In this document: one piece after another, positions 48,968 to 61,443 of the stretch
How the letters are laid out: each line of letters starts with the position of its first letter
Numbering within the stretch: the first letter of the stretch is position 1
Source: Felis catus
Lineage: Eukaryota
Direction: 5' to 3'
Assembly (NCBI RefSeq): GCF_018350175.1
Contig: NC_058381.1
Location: 39,990,001 to 40,054,000 of the forward strand
Length of the DNA: 64,000 bases
Program-made: the position numbers and the translations under genes
Notes under the pieces: model-generated
What the model saw: only the letters and a program-made list of their open reading frames with translations
Database searches by the model: none
Told to the model about the DNA's origin: nothing

Positions 48968-51160
48968 TGTGGGTCCCGCTGCTGCCAGCCAGGTTGCTGA
49001 ACCCCCGTGTACTGCACGAGAACCTGCTACCACCCCACCTGCTGCGGCCTGCCTGGGTGCCTAGCCCAGGGCTCTGGATCCTGCTGCCAGCCTTCCTGCT
49101 GCTGATTGCCTCGCCAAGAACCACCATCTGACTTGCCACTTGGGAATTGGTCACCGCCAAGCGTTGCGGAAAGCCAGCCCGCAATCCCCAACATCTCGGT
49201 TAGTCGCCTGCCTGTCTACCATCTTGTGAACCGGCCCGATGAAGTTGTGGACCGCTTCTCCCTGATTCGCTTCTTCTTTCCTTCCTCTGCGTCATGTGCC
49301 AGCTTCACCCATCCTGATACAGAGTGAGGATCTCTGTTTGGTCTCCATAGTCAAGAACTTTATCCTGTCCCTCTAAATACGTCAGCGAAACAACTCCTCA
49401 GGAATGACCTATAACTCGTGGAAACTGCTGAAAGCCCACACGGGTATGTTTCCTTTCTCGGTGTACTCATGAAGCTTGTACGCCTCTTGCTGCCTGTCAT
49501 GTTCCCTTTCAATGTCTCCCTAGACGCGGGGAGTCTCACCTGCATCTCTTAATAAATCCTAATCATTTGGAATCCCGTACTGTCTATGTGTTTTTGTACC
49601 CTGTTTCCAATGCGAGGTTTTGTACGTACATTTTACATCACATGCAGTGTCCGTGTGGAGCCATACACGGTCCTCCACAAGTCATTATGCGCATTTTCAG
49701 CTGAGGAGATTTCACGGTGGAATGTCCCACAGCTGGCATGGACACACTCGGATCCAAGACTGTGGTTCGGGCGCTTGCTGAAGCGCACTTACGTTCAGAT
49801 CTCCAGACGTGGTAGCAGACACCCTTAGTCTCAGCACCAGCAACGTGTCCATCCGAGGCCTGCTTTGACCGCACAAGTGTTACTCTCCTGTCCAGGCGGG
49901 CCATCACTGGCACTACGTTGTAGACATCAGTGTCCTACAACTCAGCCACAGCAGCCATATGTGAGGACGGCGGGACCTGCCCTTTAGAGCCCTGGGGAAC
50001 ACGGGATGCTCCTGTTGCCTTGGGTGGCATCCGGCCCCTCAGCACTCTTCTGCCTCACATACAGGTGAGCCTGCGGTGTCCTCGTGAGCCACAGAGGCAG
50101 CTGAACACGCTTGTGTTTGGGTCGTGCATATCACATTCTTGTTTGGCCTCCTCGTCCCCAGGACCTAATGGTATAGTAAAATGGCATCATGTGATTTTCT
50201 GCCAAACCTATGCATCTCCCCTCCCGTAAGGCAGTTTGTCATGGTGATCAAAATGTTGCCCAGAGAGTTGATGAAGCATGGTGTCAGGGCCAGAGAGATC
50301 GTGCAATGGGCACGTAGGACTTTGAGTACTCCATGAGCTCTGAACCATCTAAGGAAACAGAATAAGCTCTGGTATATTGTGGAGGAAGTGTGAGCAACCG
50401 AGGGGGGAAAAAACGATGCCTGCTCCGTGGGGGTGAGGAGAATGTGAGGAAGCAAAAAGAGACAACAACGTGTGCATTCCTAGGAGTCGAGGACGAAGGC
50501 TGGTGCTCCTGGTCCAGAGCCACTGGTGCCGCGTCAGCACTCAGGGCTGTGAGGCCGATTCAGGCTCTGAGAGGAATAGGAGACAGGGCCCCGGGTCCCT
50601 TCCTGGGAGCAGTGGAGGGACCTCTGATGAGCTTCGAAGGCCCCTATGCAGGACACATGCCACCATTGGAGACTAGGTACCCAGGATGCTCTGGAGAGAC
50701 TGCCAAGGCCAAACGTGCCTACCGCTGCTGGTTCTCAAGAGCGCCGTGTTGGCAAACTGAGATGAAAACCTGACGCGACCCATGTTTCCGAATATTTGCT
50801 GGATGTTGACTAAATCCTTCATGAGCATTCCCTTCAATTCTTGGAGGGATTTGCAAAGTAGGTATTAAGGTTCCCATTGTAGAGGTGAGGAAATTGAGAC
50901 TGAGTGGGGTAAAGGAATGTCAGAGTTTGGTTTTCCAGAAGCTCCTCTTAAGTAAAGAGTCCAGGAATGTGGATTCTTTGGGGAGGTCATATCACACTGG
51001 TCCGAGTGTGGGGAAGTGTCACAGGGAAGAAACACTTTGAGGCCAGCCTCACAGTTTGCAACCAAAGCTTTAACCTGGAAGGTATCTCAGAAACGGTACA
51101 ACTCCAAACACGCACACGCGCGCGCGCACGCGATCGCGCACACACACGCAGACGCGCGCG

Positions 51161-51199
<39 letters not shown>

Positions 51200-52644
51200 T
51201 GAGATTCTCTTATTTCAGCCATGAGGGAGCTGGAGTCTTTATAAACCCACTCTCCAGAAGCAAGGGTTGAGTGTGTTTTCTCCGTGTGGCATGCTCAGGC
51301 AGCCTGACATTCTGCTGCGCGTGAAAAGGGCACTTAGGCATTGAGGTGCAGAGCTGGTAGGCAGAAGTTGTCCCAAACACACCAGTACCCAAGAGATAGG
51401 GTTGGTGGCTTCAGACGTCTTTGGCAGACTATGGTTGTCACCATTCATTCCACTATGTTCTGAATTAGCCGGGCGGATGGAGAAAATCATTGGAAGAAAC
51501 AGAAGAAGATGGTGGAATATGAATGGGGGGATGAGGAGAGGAGTAGGGAGAAAAGGAGAAGGGAGGGAGGAAGAAAGGAAGCATAGAAGGAAGGGGGCAG
51601 GGAGGAAGCGAGGGAGAAAGGGAGGAGAAGAAAGAGAGAAACTAAAGAATGAAGGGAAGGAAGGAAGGCAAGAAGGCACGGTGTGAGGAAGGGATGGGCA
51701 GGCATGCAGGGAGGAAGGGAGAAAGGCAGAAAAAGAAAGACAGCCTGACAGAAAAAAGAAAGAGCAACCATAAATAAAGATGTAATGAGCTACGTGAGGA
51801 CACTGACGAGGCTAGCTAACAAGGTTAGGACTAGAGTCCCCAACTCACCTGGTTTTGCCCAAACTGCCCCCGCCTTTATGGCCCTGAAAGCCCCCGCCTC
51901 CGGTGAAAGCGTTCGACCCGAGGAAAATCAGGGGTCCTGGTCAACAAGGACGTACATTGACTGATGGTTGCTTAGTCCCAGGGTACTGCTGCTGCTTCTC
52001 CCCACCTGCTTTGCTTCTGCCTCGCCATGTGGCAGAGAAAACCCCAGACATCGGCTACGCAAGGGTCTTTGATTGAACTGAGATACGCAGGTGGGGTTGG
52101 GTGCTACAGGAGACAGATAACGCCTGTGGGAGTCTTGAATCCGGCTTCTGTGGGGAAACGGAACTGGGCTCAGGGAACTACCACATCTGTCCCAGTGAAC
52201 ATATCAGCATCGTGCCCCTCACCTCAGAGATACTCGCAATCCACTTACAGTCTAAGGGCAAAGACTGGGGAGGGAACACTGCTGTGAGCCTAGCCACCCC
52301 AGCAGAACGTGATCACACGATGGATGCCATGATCACTGAAACAAGAACGATGCTGCTGATGTGCCCACCTTCCTCGCGTTGGAAAATGTTGCTGTGAGTT
52401 ATTGTCAAATAGGAAACCATTAGACACTTATTTTGTAACGATTCCTAACATTTAGGAAACAGCTTCCTCGTTTATGATTCCCCCAGTGACTACGGAAAAC
52501 GATGTAAACACCAACAAGGAAAGTCCTGCCCATTGGCCTAACCTTCGGGGGTCCAGCGCATAAAAGCCCCAGAACCGGAGGAGGCACCAGAATCTGACAA
52601 CCTCACCTCCGGACAGGACCCGCCCACCCTCCACCCCAGACACC

Positions 52645-53127
52645 ATGACCCACTCGTGCTGCTCCTCTTGCTGCCAGCCTACGTGCTGCAGGACCACCTG
52701 CTGCCGGACCACCTGCTGCCAGCCCAGCGGCTGTGGGTCCAGCGGCTATGGGTCGAGCTGCTGCCAGCCTTGCTGCCGCCCAACTTGCTGTCACACCACC
52801 TGCTGCCGGACCACCTGCTGCCAGCCCAGCTGCTGTGGGTGTAGCGGCTGTGGACACAACTGCGGTGGGTCTAGCGGCTGTGGTTCCAGCTGCTGCCAGC
52901 CTTGCTGCCGCCCAGCTTGCTGTCACACCACCTGCTGCCGGACCACCTGCTGCCAGCCCAGCTGCTGTGGGTCCAGCGGCTGCGGACACAACTGCGGTGG
53001 GTCTAGCGGCTGTGGGTCGAGCTGCTGCCAGCCTTGCTGCTGCCCAACTTGCTGTCATACCACCTGCTGCCGGACCACCTGCTGCCAGCCCAGCTGTTGT
53101 GGGTCCAGCGGCTGTGGACAAAACTGA
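52645..53127 (+). CDS. KRTAP9: KRTAP9-family B-type copy 5 (truncated, 160 aa)
   Basis: Same translation as B1, with both premature TGAs. Confidence 0.85.
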   Translation: MTHSCCSSCCQPTCCRTTCCRTTCCQPSGCGSSGYGSSCCQPCCRPTCCHTTCCRTTCCQPSCCGCSGCGHNCGGSSGCGSSCCQPCCRPACCHTTCCRTTCCQPSCCGSSGCGHNCGGSSGCGSSCCQPCCCPTCCHTTCCRTTCCQPSCCGSSGCGQN

Positions 53128-55320
53128 TGTGGGTCCCGCTGCTGCCAGCCAGGTTGCTGAACCCCCGTGTACTGCACGAGAACCTGCTACCACCCCACCT
53201 GCTGCGGCCTGCCTGGGTGCCTAGCCCAGGGCTCTGGATCCTGCTGCCAGCCTTCCTGCTGCTGATTGCCTCGCCAAGAACCACCATCTGACTTGCCACT
53301 TGGGAATTGGTCACCGCCAAGCGTTGCGGAAAGCCAGCCCGCAATCCCCAACATCTCGGTTAGTCGCCTGCCTGTCTACCATCTTGTGAACCGGCCCGAT
53401 GAAGTTGTGGACCGCTTCTCCCTGATTCGCTTCTTCTTTCCTTCCTCTGCGTCATGTGCCAGCTTCACCCATCCTGATACAGAGTGAGGATCTCTGTTTG
53501 GTCTCCATAGTCAAGAACTTTATCCTGTCCCTCTAAATACGTCAGCGAAACAACTCCTCAGGAATGACCTATAACTCGTGGAAACTGCTGAAAGCCCACA
53601 CGGGTATGTTTCCTTTCTCGGTGTACTCATGAAGCTTGTACGCCTCTTGCTGCCTGTCATGTTCCCTTTCAATGTCTCCCTAGACGCGGGGAGTCTCACC
53701 TGCATCTCTTAATAAATCCTAATCATTTGGAATCCCGTACTGTCTATGTGTTTTTGTACCCTGTTTCCAATGCGAGGTTTTGTACGTACATTTTACATCA
53801 CATGCAGTGTCCGTGTGGAGCCATACACGGTCCTCCACAAGTCATTATGCGCATTTTCAGCTGAGGAGATTTCACGGTGGAATGTCCCACAGCTGGCATG
53901 GACACACTCGGATCCAAGACTGTGGTTCGGGCGCTTGCTGAAGCGCACTTACGTTCAGATCTCCAGACGTGGTAGCAGACACCCTTAGTCTCAGCACCAG
54001 CAACGTGTCCATCCGAGGCCTGCTTTGACCGCACAAGTGTTACTCTCCTGTCCAGGCGGGCCATCACTGGCACTACGTTGTAGACATCAGTGTCCTACAA
54101 CTCAGCCACAGCAGCCATATGTGAGGACGGCGGGACCTGCCCTTTAGAGCCCTGGGGAACACGGGATGCTCCTGTTGCCTTGGGTGGCATCCGGCCCCTC
54201 AGCACTCTTCTGCCTCACATACAGGTGAGCCTGCGGTGTCCTCGTGAGCCACAGAGGCAGCTGAACACGCTTGTGTTTGGGTCGTGCATATCACATTCTT
54301 GTTTGGCCTCCTCGTCCCCAGGACCTAATGGTATAGTAAAATGGCATCATGTGATTTTCTGCCAAACCTATGCATCTCCCCTCCCGTAAGGCAGTTTGTC
54401 ATGGTGATCAAAATGTTGCCCAGAGAGTTGATGAAGCATGGTGTCAGGGCCAGAGAGATCGTGCAATGGGCACGTAGGACTTTGAGTACTCCATGAGCTC
54501 TGAACCATCTAAGGAAACAGAATAAGCTCTGGTATATTGTGGAGGAAGTGTGAGCAACCGAGGGGGGAAAAAACGATGCCTGCTCCGTGGGGGTGAGGAG
54601 AATGTGAGGAAGCAAAAAGAGACAACAACGTGTGCATTCCTAGGAGTCGAGGACGAAGGCTGGTGCTCCTGGTCCAGAGCCACTGGTGCCGCGTCAGCAC
54701 TCAGGGCTGTGAGGCCGATTCAGGCTCTGAGAGGAATAGGAGACAGGGCCCCGGGTCCCTTCCTGGGAGCAGTGGAGGGACCTCTGATGAGCTTCGAAGG
54801 CCCCTATGCAGGACACATGCCACCATTGGAGACTAGGTACCCAGGATGCTCTGGAGAGACTGCCAAGGCCAAACGTGCCTACCGCTGCTGGTTCTCAAGA
54901 GCGCCGTGTTGGCAAACTGAGATGAAAACCTGACGCGACCCATGTTTCCGAATATTTGCTGGATGTTGACTAAATCCTTCATGAGCATTCCCTTCAATTC
55001 TTGGAGGGATTTGCAAAGTAGGTATTAAGGTTCCCATTGTAGAGGTGAGGAAATTGAGACTGAGTGGGGTAAAGGAATGTCAGAGTTTGGTTTTCCAGAA
55101 GCTCCTCTTAAGTAAAGAGTCCAGGAATGTGGATTCTTTGGGGAGGTCATATCACACTGGTCCGAGTGTGGGGAAGTGTCACAGGGAAGAAACACTTTGA
55201 GGCCAGCCTCACAGTTTGCAACCAAAGCTTTAACCTGGAAGGTATCTCAGAAACGGTACAACTCCAAACACGCACACGCGCGCGCGCACGCGATCGCGCA
55301 CACACACGCAGACGCGCGCG

Positions 55321-55357
<37 letters not shown>

Positions 55358-56802
55358 TGAGATTCTCTTATTTCAGCCATGAGGGAGCTGGAGTCTTTAT
55401 AAACCCACTCTCCAGAAGCAAGGGTTGAGTGTGTTTTCTCCGTGTGGCATGCTCAGGCAGCCTGACATTCTGCTGCGCGTGAAAAGGGCACTTAGGCATT
55501 GAGGTGCAGAGCTGGTAGGCAGAAGTTGTCCCAAACACACCAGTACCCAAGAGATAGGGTTGGTGGCTTCAGACGTCTTTGGCAGACTATGGTTGTCACC
55601 ATTCATTCCACTATGTTCTGAATTAGCCGGGCGGATGGAGAAAATCATTGGAAGAAACAGAAGAAGATGGTGGAATATGAATGGGGGGATGAGGAGAGGA
55701 GTAGGGAGAAAAGGAGAAGGGAGGGAGGAAGAAAGGAAGCATAGAAGGAAGGGGGCAGGGAGGAAGCGAGGGAGAAAGGGAGGAGAAGAAAGAGAGAAAC
55801 TAAAGAATGAAGGGAAGGAAGGAAGGCAAGAAGGCACGGTGTGAGGAAGGGATGGGCAGGCATGCAGGGAGGAAGGGAGAAAGGCAGAAAAAGAAAGACA
55901 GCCTGACAGAAAAAAGAAAGAGCAACCATAAATAAAGATGTAATGAGCTACGTGAGGACACTGACGAGGCTAGCTAACAAGGTTAGGACTAGAGTCCCCA
56001 ACTCACCTGGTTTTGCCCAAACTGCCCCCGCCTTTATGGCCCTGAAAGCCCCCCCCTCCGGTGAAAGCGTTCGACCCGAGGAAAATCAGGGGTCCTGGTC
56101 AACAAGGACGTACATTGACTGATGGTTGCTTAGTCCCAGGGTACTGCTGCTGCTTCTCCCCACCTGCTTTGCTTCTGCCTCGCCATGTGGCAGAGAAAAC
56201 CCCAGACATCGGCTACGCAAGGGTCTTTGATTGAACTGAGATACGCAGGTGGGGTTGGGTGCTACAGGAGACAGATAACGCCTGTGGGAGTCTTGAATCC
56301 GGCTTCTGTGGGGAAACGGAACTGGGCTCAGGGAACTACCACATCTGTCCCAGTGAACATATCAGCATCGTGCCCCTCACCTCAGAGATACTCGCAATCC
56401 ACTTACAGTCTAAGGGCAAAGACTGGGGAGGGAACACTGCTGTGAGCCTAGCCACCCCAGCAGAACGTGATCACACGATGGATGCCATGATCACTGAAAC
56501 AAGAACGATGCTGCTGATGTGCCCACCTTCCTCGCGTTGGAAAATGTTGCTGTGAGTTATTGTCAAATAGGAAACCATTAGACACTTATTTTGTAACGAT
56601 TCCTAACATTTAGGAAACAGCTTCCTCGTTTATGATTCCCCCAGTGACTACGGAAAACGATGTAAACACCAACAAGGAAAGTCCTGCCCATTGGCCTAAC
56701 CTTCGGGGGTCCAGCGCATAAAAGCCCCAGAACCGGAGGAGGCACCAGAATCTGACAACCTCACCTCCGGACAGGACCCGCCCACCCTCCACCCCAGACA
56801 CC

Positions 56803-57285
56803 ATGACCCACTCGTGCTGCTCCTCTTGCTGCCAGCCTACGTGCTGCAGGACCACCTGCTGCCGGACCACCTGCTGCCAGCCCAGCGGCTGTGGGTCCAG
56901 CGGCTATGGGTCGAGCTGCTGCCAGCCTTGCTGCCGCCCAACTTGCTGTCACACCACCTGCTGCCGGACCACCTGCTGCCAGCCCAGCTGCTGTGGGTGT
57001 AGCGGCTGTGGACACAACTGCGGTGGGTCTAGCGGCTGTGGTTCCAGCTGCTGCCAGCCTTGCTGCCGCCCAGCTTGCTGTCACACCACCTGCTGCCGGA
57101 CCACCTGCTGCCAGCCCAGCTGCTGTGGGTCCAGCGGCTGCGGACACAACTGCGGTGGGTCTAGCGGCTGTGGGTCGAGCTGCTGCCAGCCTTGCTGCTG
57201 CCCAACTTGCTGTCATACCACCTGCTGCCGGACCACCTGCTGCCAGCCCAGCTGTTGTGGGTCCAGCGGCTGTGGACAAAACTGA
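56803..57285 (+). CDS. KRTAP9: KRTAP9-family B-type copy 6 (truncated, 160 aa)
   Basis: Same translation as B1, with both premature TGAs. Confidence 0.85.
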   Translation: MTHSCCSSCCQPTCCRTTCCRTTCCQPSGCGSSGYGSSCCQPCCRPTCCHTTCCRTTCCQPSCCGCSGCGHNCGGSSGCGSSCCQPCCRPACCHTTCCRTTCCQPSCCGSSGCGHNCGGSSGCGSSCCQPCCCPTCCHTTCCRTTCCQPSCCGSSGCGQN

Positions 57286-59478
57286 TGTGGGTCCCGCTGC
57301 TGCCAGCCAGGTTGCTGAACCCCCGTGTACTGCACGAGAACCTGCTACCACCCCACCTGCTGCGGCCTGCCTGGGTGCCTAGCCCAGGGCTCTGGATCCT
57401 GCTGCCAGCCTTCCTGCTGCTGATTGCCTCGCCAAGAACCACCATCTGACTTGCCACTTGGGAATTGGTCACCGCCAAGCGTTGCGGAAAGCCAGCCCGC
57501 AATCCCCAACATCTCGGTTAGTCGCCTGCCTGTCTACCATCTTGTGAACCGGCCCGATGAAGTTGTGGACCGCTTCTCCCTGATTCGCTTCTTCTTTCCT
57601 TCCTCTGCGTCATGTGCCAGCTTCACCCATCCTGATACAGAGTGAGGATCTCTGTTTGGTCTCCATAGTCAAGAACTTTATCCTGTCCCTCTAAATACGT
57701 CAGCGAAACAACTCCTCAGGAATGACCTATAACTCGTGGAAACTGCTGAAAGCCCACACGGGTATGTTTCCTTTCTCGGTGTACTCATGAAGCTTGTACG
57801 CCTCTTGCTGCCTGTCATGTTCCCTTTCAATGTCTCCCTAGACGCGGGGAGTCTCACCTGCATCTCTTAATAAATCCTAATCATTTGGAATCCCGTACTG
57901 TCTATGTGTTTTTGTACCCTGTTTCCAATGCGAGGTTTTGTACGTACATTTTACATCACATGCAGTGTCCGTGTGGAGCCATACACGGTCCTCCACAAGT
58001 CATTATGCGCATTTTCAGCTGAGGAGATTTCACGGTGGAATGTCCCACAGCTGGCATGGACACACTCGGATCCAAGACTGTGGTTCGGGCGCTTGCTGAA
58101 GCGCACTTACGTTCAGATCTCCAGACGTGGTAGCAGACACCCTTAGTCTCAGCACCAGCAACGTGTCCATCCGAGGCCTGCTTTGACCGCACAAGTGTTA
58201 CTCTCCTGTCCAGGCGGGCCATCACTGGCACTACGTTGTAGACATCAGTGTCCTACAACTCAGCCACAGCAGCCATATGTGAGGACGGCGGGACCTGCCC
58301 TTTAGAGCCCTGGGGAACACGGGATGCTCCTGTTGCCTTGGGTGGCATCCGGCCCCTCAGCACTCTTCTGCCTCACATACAGGTGAGCCTGCGGTGTCCT
58401 CGTGAGCCACAGAGGCAGCTGAACACGCTTGTGTTTGGGTCGTGCATATCACATTCTTGTTTGGCCTCCTCGTCCCCAGGACCTAATGGTATAGTAAAAT
58501 GGCATCATGTGATTTTCTGCCAAACCTATGCATCTCCCCTCCCGTAAGGCAGTTTGTCATGGTGATCAAAATGTTGCCCAGAGAGTTGATGAAGCATGGT
58601 GTCAGGGCCAGAGAGATCGTGCAATGGGCACGTAGGACTTTGAGTACTCCATGAGCTCTGAACCATCTAAGGAAACAGAATAAGCTCTGGTATATTGTGG
58701 AGGAAGTGTGAGCAACCGAGGGGGGAAAAAACGATGCCTGCTCCGTGGGGGTGAGGAGAATGTGAGGAAGCAAAAAGAGACAACAACGTGTGCATTCCTA
58801 GGAGTCGAGGACGAAGGCTGGTGCTCCTGGTCCAGAGCCACTGGTGCCGCGTCAGCACTCAGGGCTGTGAGGCCGATTCAGGCTCTGAGAGGAATAGGAG
58901 ACAGGGCCCCGGGTCCCTTCCTGGGAGCAGTGGAGGGACCTCTGATGAGCTTCGAAGGCCCCTATGCAGGACACATGCCACCATTGGAGACTAGGTACCC
59001 AGGATGCTCTGGAGAGACTGCCAAGGCCAAACGTGCCTACCGCTGCTGGTTCTCAAGAGCGCCGTGTTGGCAAACTGAGATGAAAACCTGACGCGACCCA
59101 TGTTTCCGAATATTTGCTGGATGTTGACTAAATCCTTCATGAGCATTCCCTTCAATTCTTGGAGGGATTTGCAAAGTAGGTATTAAGGTTCCCATTGTAG
59201 AGGTGAGGAAATTGAGACTGAGTGGGGTAAAGGAATGTCAGAGTTTGGTTTTCCAGAAGCTCCTCTTAAGTAAAGAGTCCAGGAATGTGGATTCTTTGGG
59301 GAGGTCATATCACACTGGTCCGAGTGTGGGGAAGTGTCACAGGGAAGAAACACTTTGAGGCCAGCCTCACAGTTTGCAACCAAAGCTTTAACCTGGAAGG
59401 TATCTCAGAAACGGTACAACTCCAAACACGCACACGCGCGCGCGCACGCGATCGCGCACACACACGCAGACGCGCGCG

Positions 59479-59515
<37 letters not shown>

Positions 59516-60960
59516 TGAGATTCTCTTATTTCAGCCATGAGGGAGCTGGAGTCTTTATAAACCCACTCTCCAGAAGCAAGGGTTGAGTGTGTTTTCTCCG
59601 TGTGGCATGCTCAGGCAGCCTGACATTCTGCTGCGCGTGAAAAGGGCACTTAGGCATTGAGGTGCAGAGCTGGTAGGCAGAAGTTGTCCCAAACACACCA
59701 GTACCCAAGAGATAGGGTTGGTGGCTTCAGACGTCTTTGGCAGACTATGGTTGTCACCATTCATTCCACTATGTTCTGAATTAGCCGGGCGGATGGAGAA
59801 AATCATTGGAAGAAACAGAAGAAGATGGTGGAATATGAATGGGGGGATGAGGAGAGGAGTAGGGAGAAAAGGAGAAGGGAGGGAGGAAGAAAGGAAGCAT
59901 AGAAGGAAGGGGGCAGGGAGGAAGCGAGGGAGAAAGGGAGGAGAAGAAAGAGAGAAACTAAAGAATGAAGGGAAGGAAGGAAGGCAAGAAGGCACGGTGT
60001 GAGGAAGGGATGGGCAGGCATGCAGGGAGGAAGGGAGAAAGGCAGAAAAAGAAAGACAGCCTGACAGAAAAAAGAAAGAGCAACCATAAATAAAGATGTA
60101 ATGAGCTACGTGAGGACACTGACGAGGCTAGCTAACAAGGTTAGGACTAGAGTCCCCAACTCACCTGGTTTTGCCCAAACTGCCCCCGCCTTTATGGCCC
60201 TGAAAGCCCCCGCCTCCGGTGAAAGCGTTCGACCCGAGGAAAATCAGGGGTCCTGGTCAACAAGGACGTACATTGACTGATGGTTGCTTAGTCCCAGGGT
60301 ACTGCTGCTGCTTCTCCCCACCTGCTTTGCTTCTGCCTCGCCATGTGGCAGAGAAAACCCCAGACATCGGCTACGCAAGGGTCTTTGATTGAACTGAGAT
60401 ACGCAGGTGGGGTTGGGTGCTACAGGAGACAGATAACGCCTGTGGGAGTCTTGAATCCGGCTTCTGTGGGGAAACGGAACTGGGCTCAGGGAACTACCAC
60501 ATCTGTCCCAGTGAACATATCAGCATCGTGCCCCTCACCTCAGAGATACTCGCAATCCACTTACAGTCTAAGGGCAAAGACTGGGGAGGGAACACTGCTG
60601 TGAGCCTAGCCACCCCAGCAGAACGTGATCACACGATGGATGCCATGATCACTGAAACAAGAACGATGCTGCTGATGTGCCCACCTTCCTCGCGTTGGAA
60701 AATGTTGCTGTGAGTTATTGTCAAATAGGAAACCATTAGACACTTATTTTGTAACGATTCCTAACATTTAGGAAACAGCTTCCTCGTTTATGATTCCCCC
60801 AGTGACTACGGAAAACGATGTAAACACCAACAAGGAAAGTCCTGCCCATTGGCCTAACCTTCGGGGGTCCAGCGCATAAAAGCCCCAGAACCGGAGGAGG
60901 CACCAGAATCTGACAACCTCACCTCCGGACAGGACCCGCCCACCCTCCACCCCAGACACC

Positions 60961-61443
60961 ATGACCCACTCGTGCTGCTCCTCTTGCTGCCAGCCTACGT
61001 GCTGCAGGACCACCTGCTGCCGGACCACCTGCTGCCAGCCCAGCGGCTGTGGGTCCAGCGGCTATGGGTCGAGCTGCTGCCAGCCTTGCTGCCGCCCAAC
61101 TTGCTGTCACACCACCTGCTGCCGGACCACCTGCTGCCAGCCCAGCTGCTGTGGGTGTAGCGGCTGTGGACACAACTGCGGTGGGTCTAGCGGCTGTGGT
61201 TCCAGCTGCTGCCAGCCTTGCTGCCGCCCAGCTTGCTGTCACACCACCTGCTGCCGGACCACCTGCTGCCAGCCCAGCTGCTGTGGGTCCAGCGGCTGCG
61301 GACACAACTGCGGTGGGTCTAGCGGCTGTGGGTCGAGCTGCTGCCAGCCTTGCTGCTGCCCAACTTGCTGTCATACCACCTGCTGCCGGACCACCTGCTG
61401 CCAGCCCAGCTGTTGTGGGTCCAGCGGCTGTGGACAAAACTGA
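60961..61443 (+). CDS. KRTAP9: KRTAP9-family B-type copy 7 (truncated, 160 aa)
   Basis: Same translation as B1, with both premature TGAs. Confidence 0.85.
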   Translation: MTHSCCSSCCQPTCCRTTCCRTTCCQPSGCGSSGYGSSCCQPCCRPTCCHTTCCRTTCCQPSCCGCSGCGHNCGGSSGCGSSCCQPCCRPACCHTTCCRTTCCQPSCCGSSGCGHNCGGSSGCGSSCCQPCCCPTCCHTTCCRTTCCQPSCCGSSGCGQN

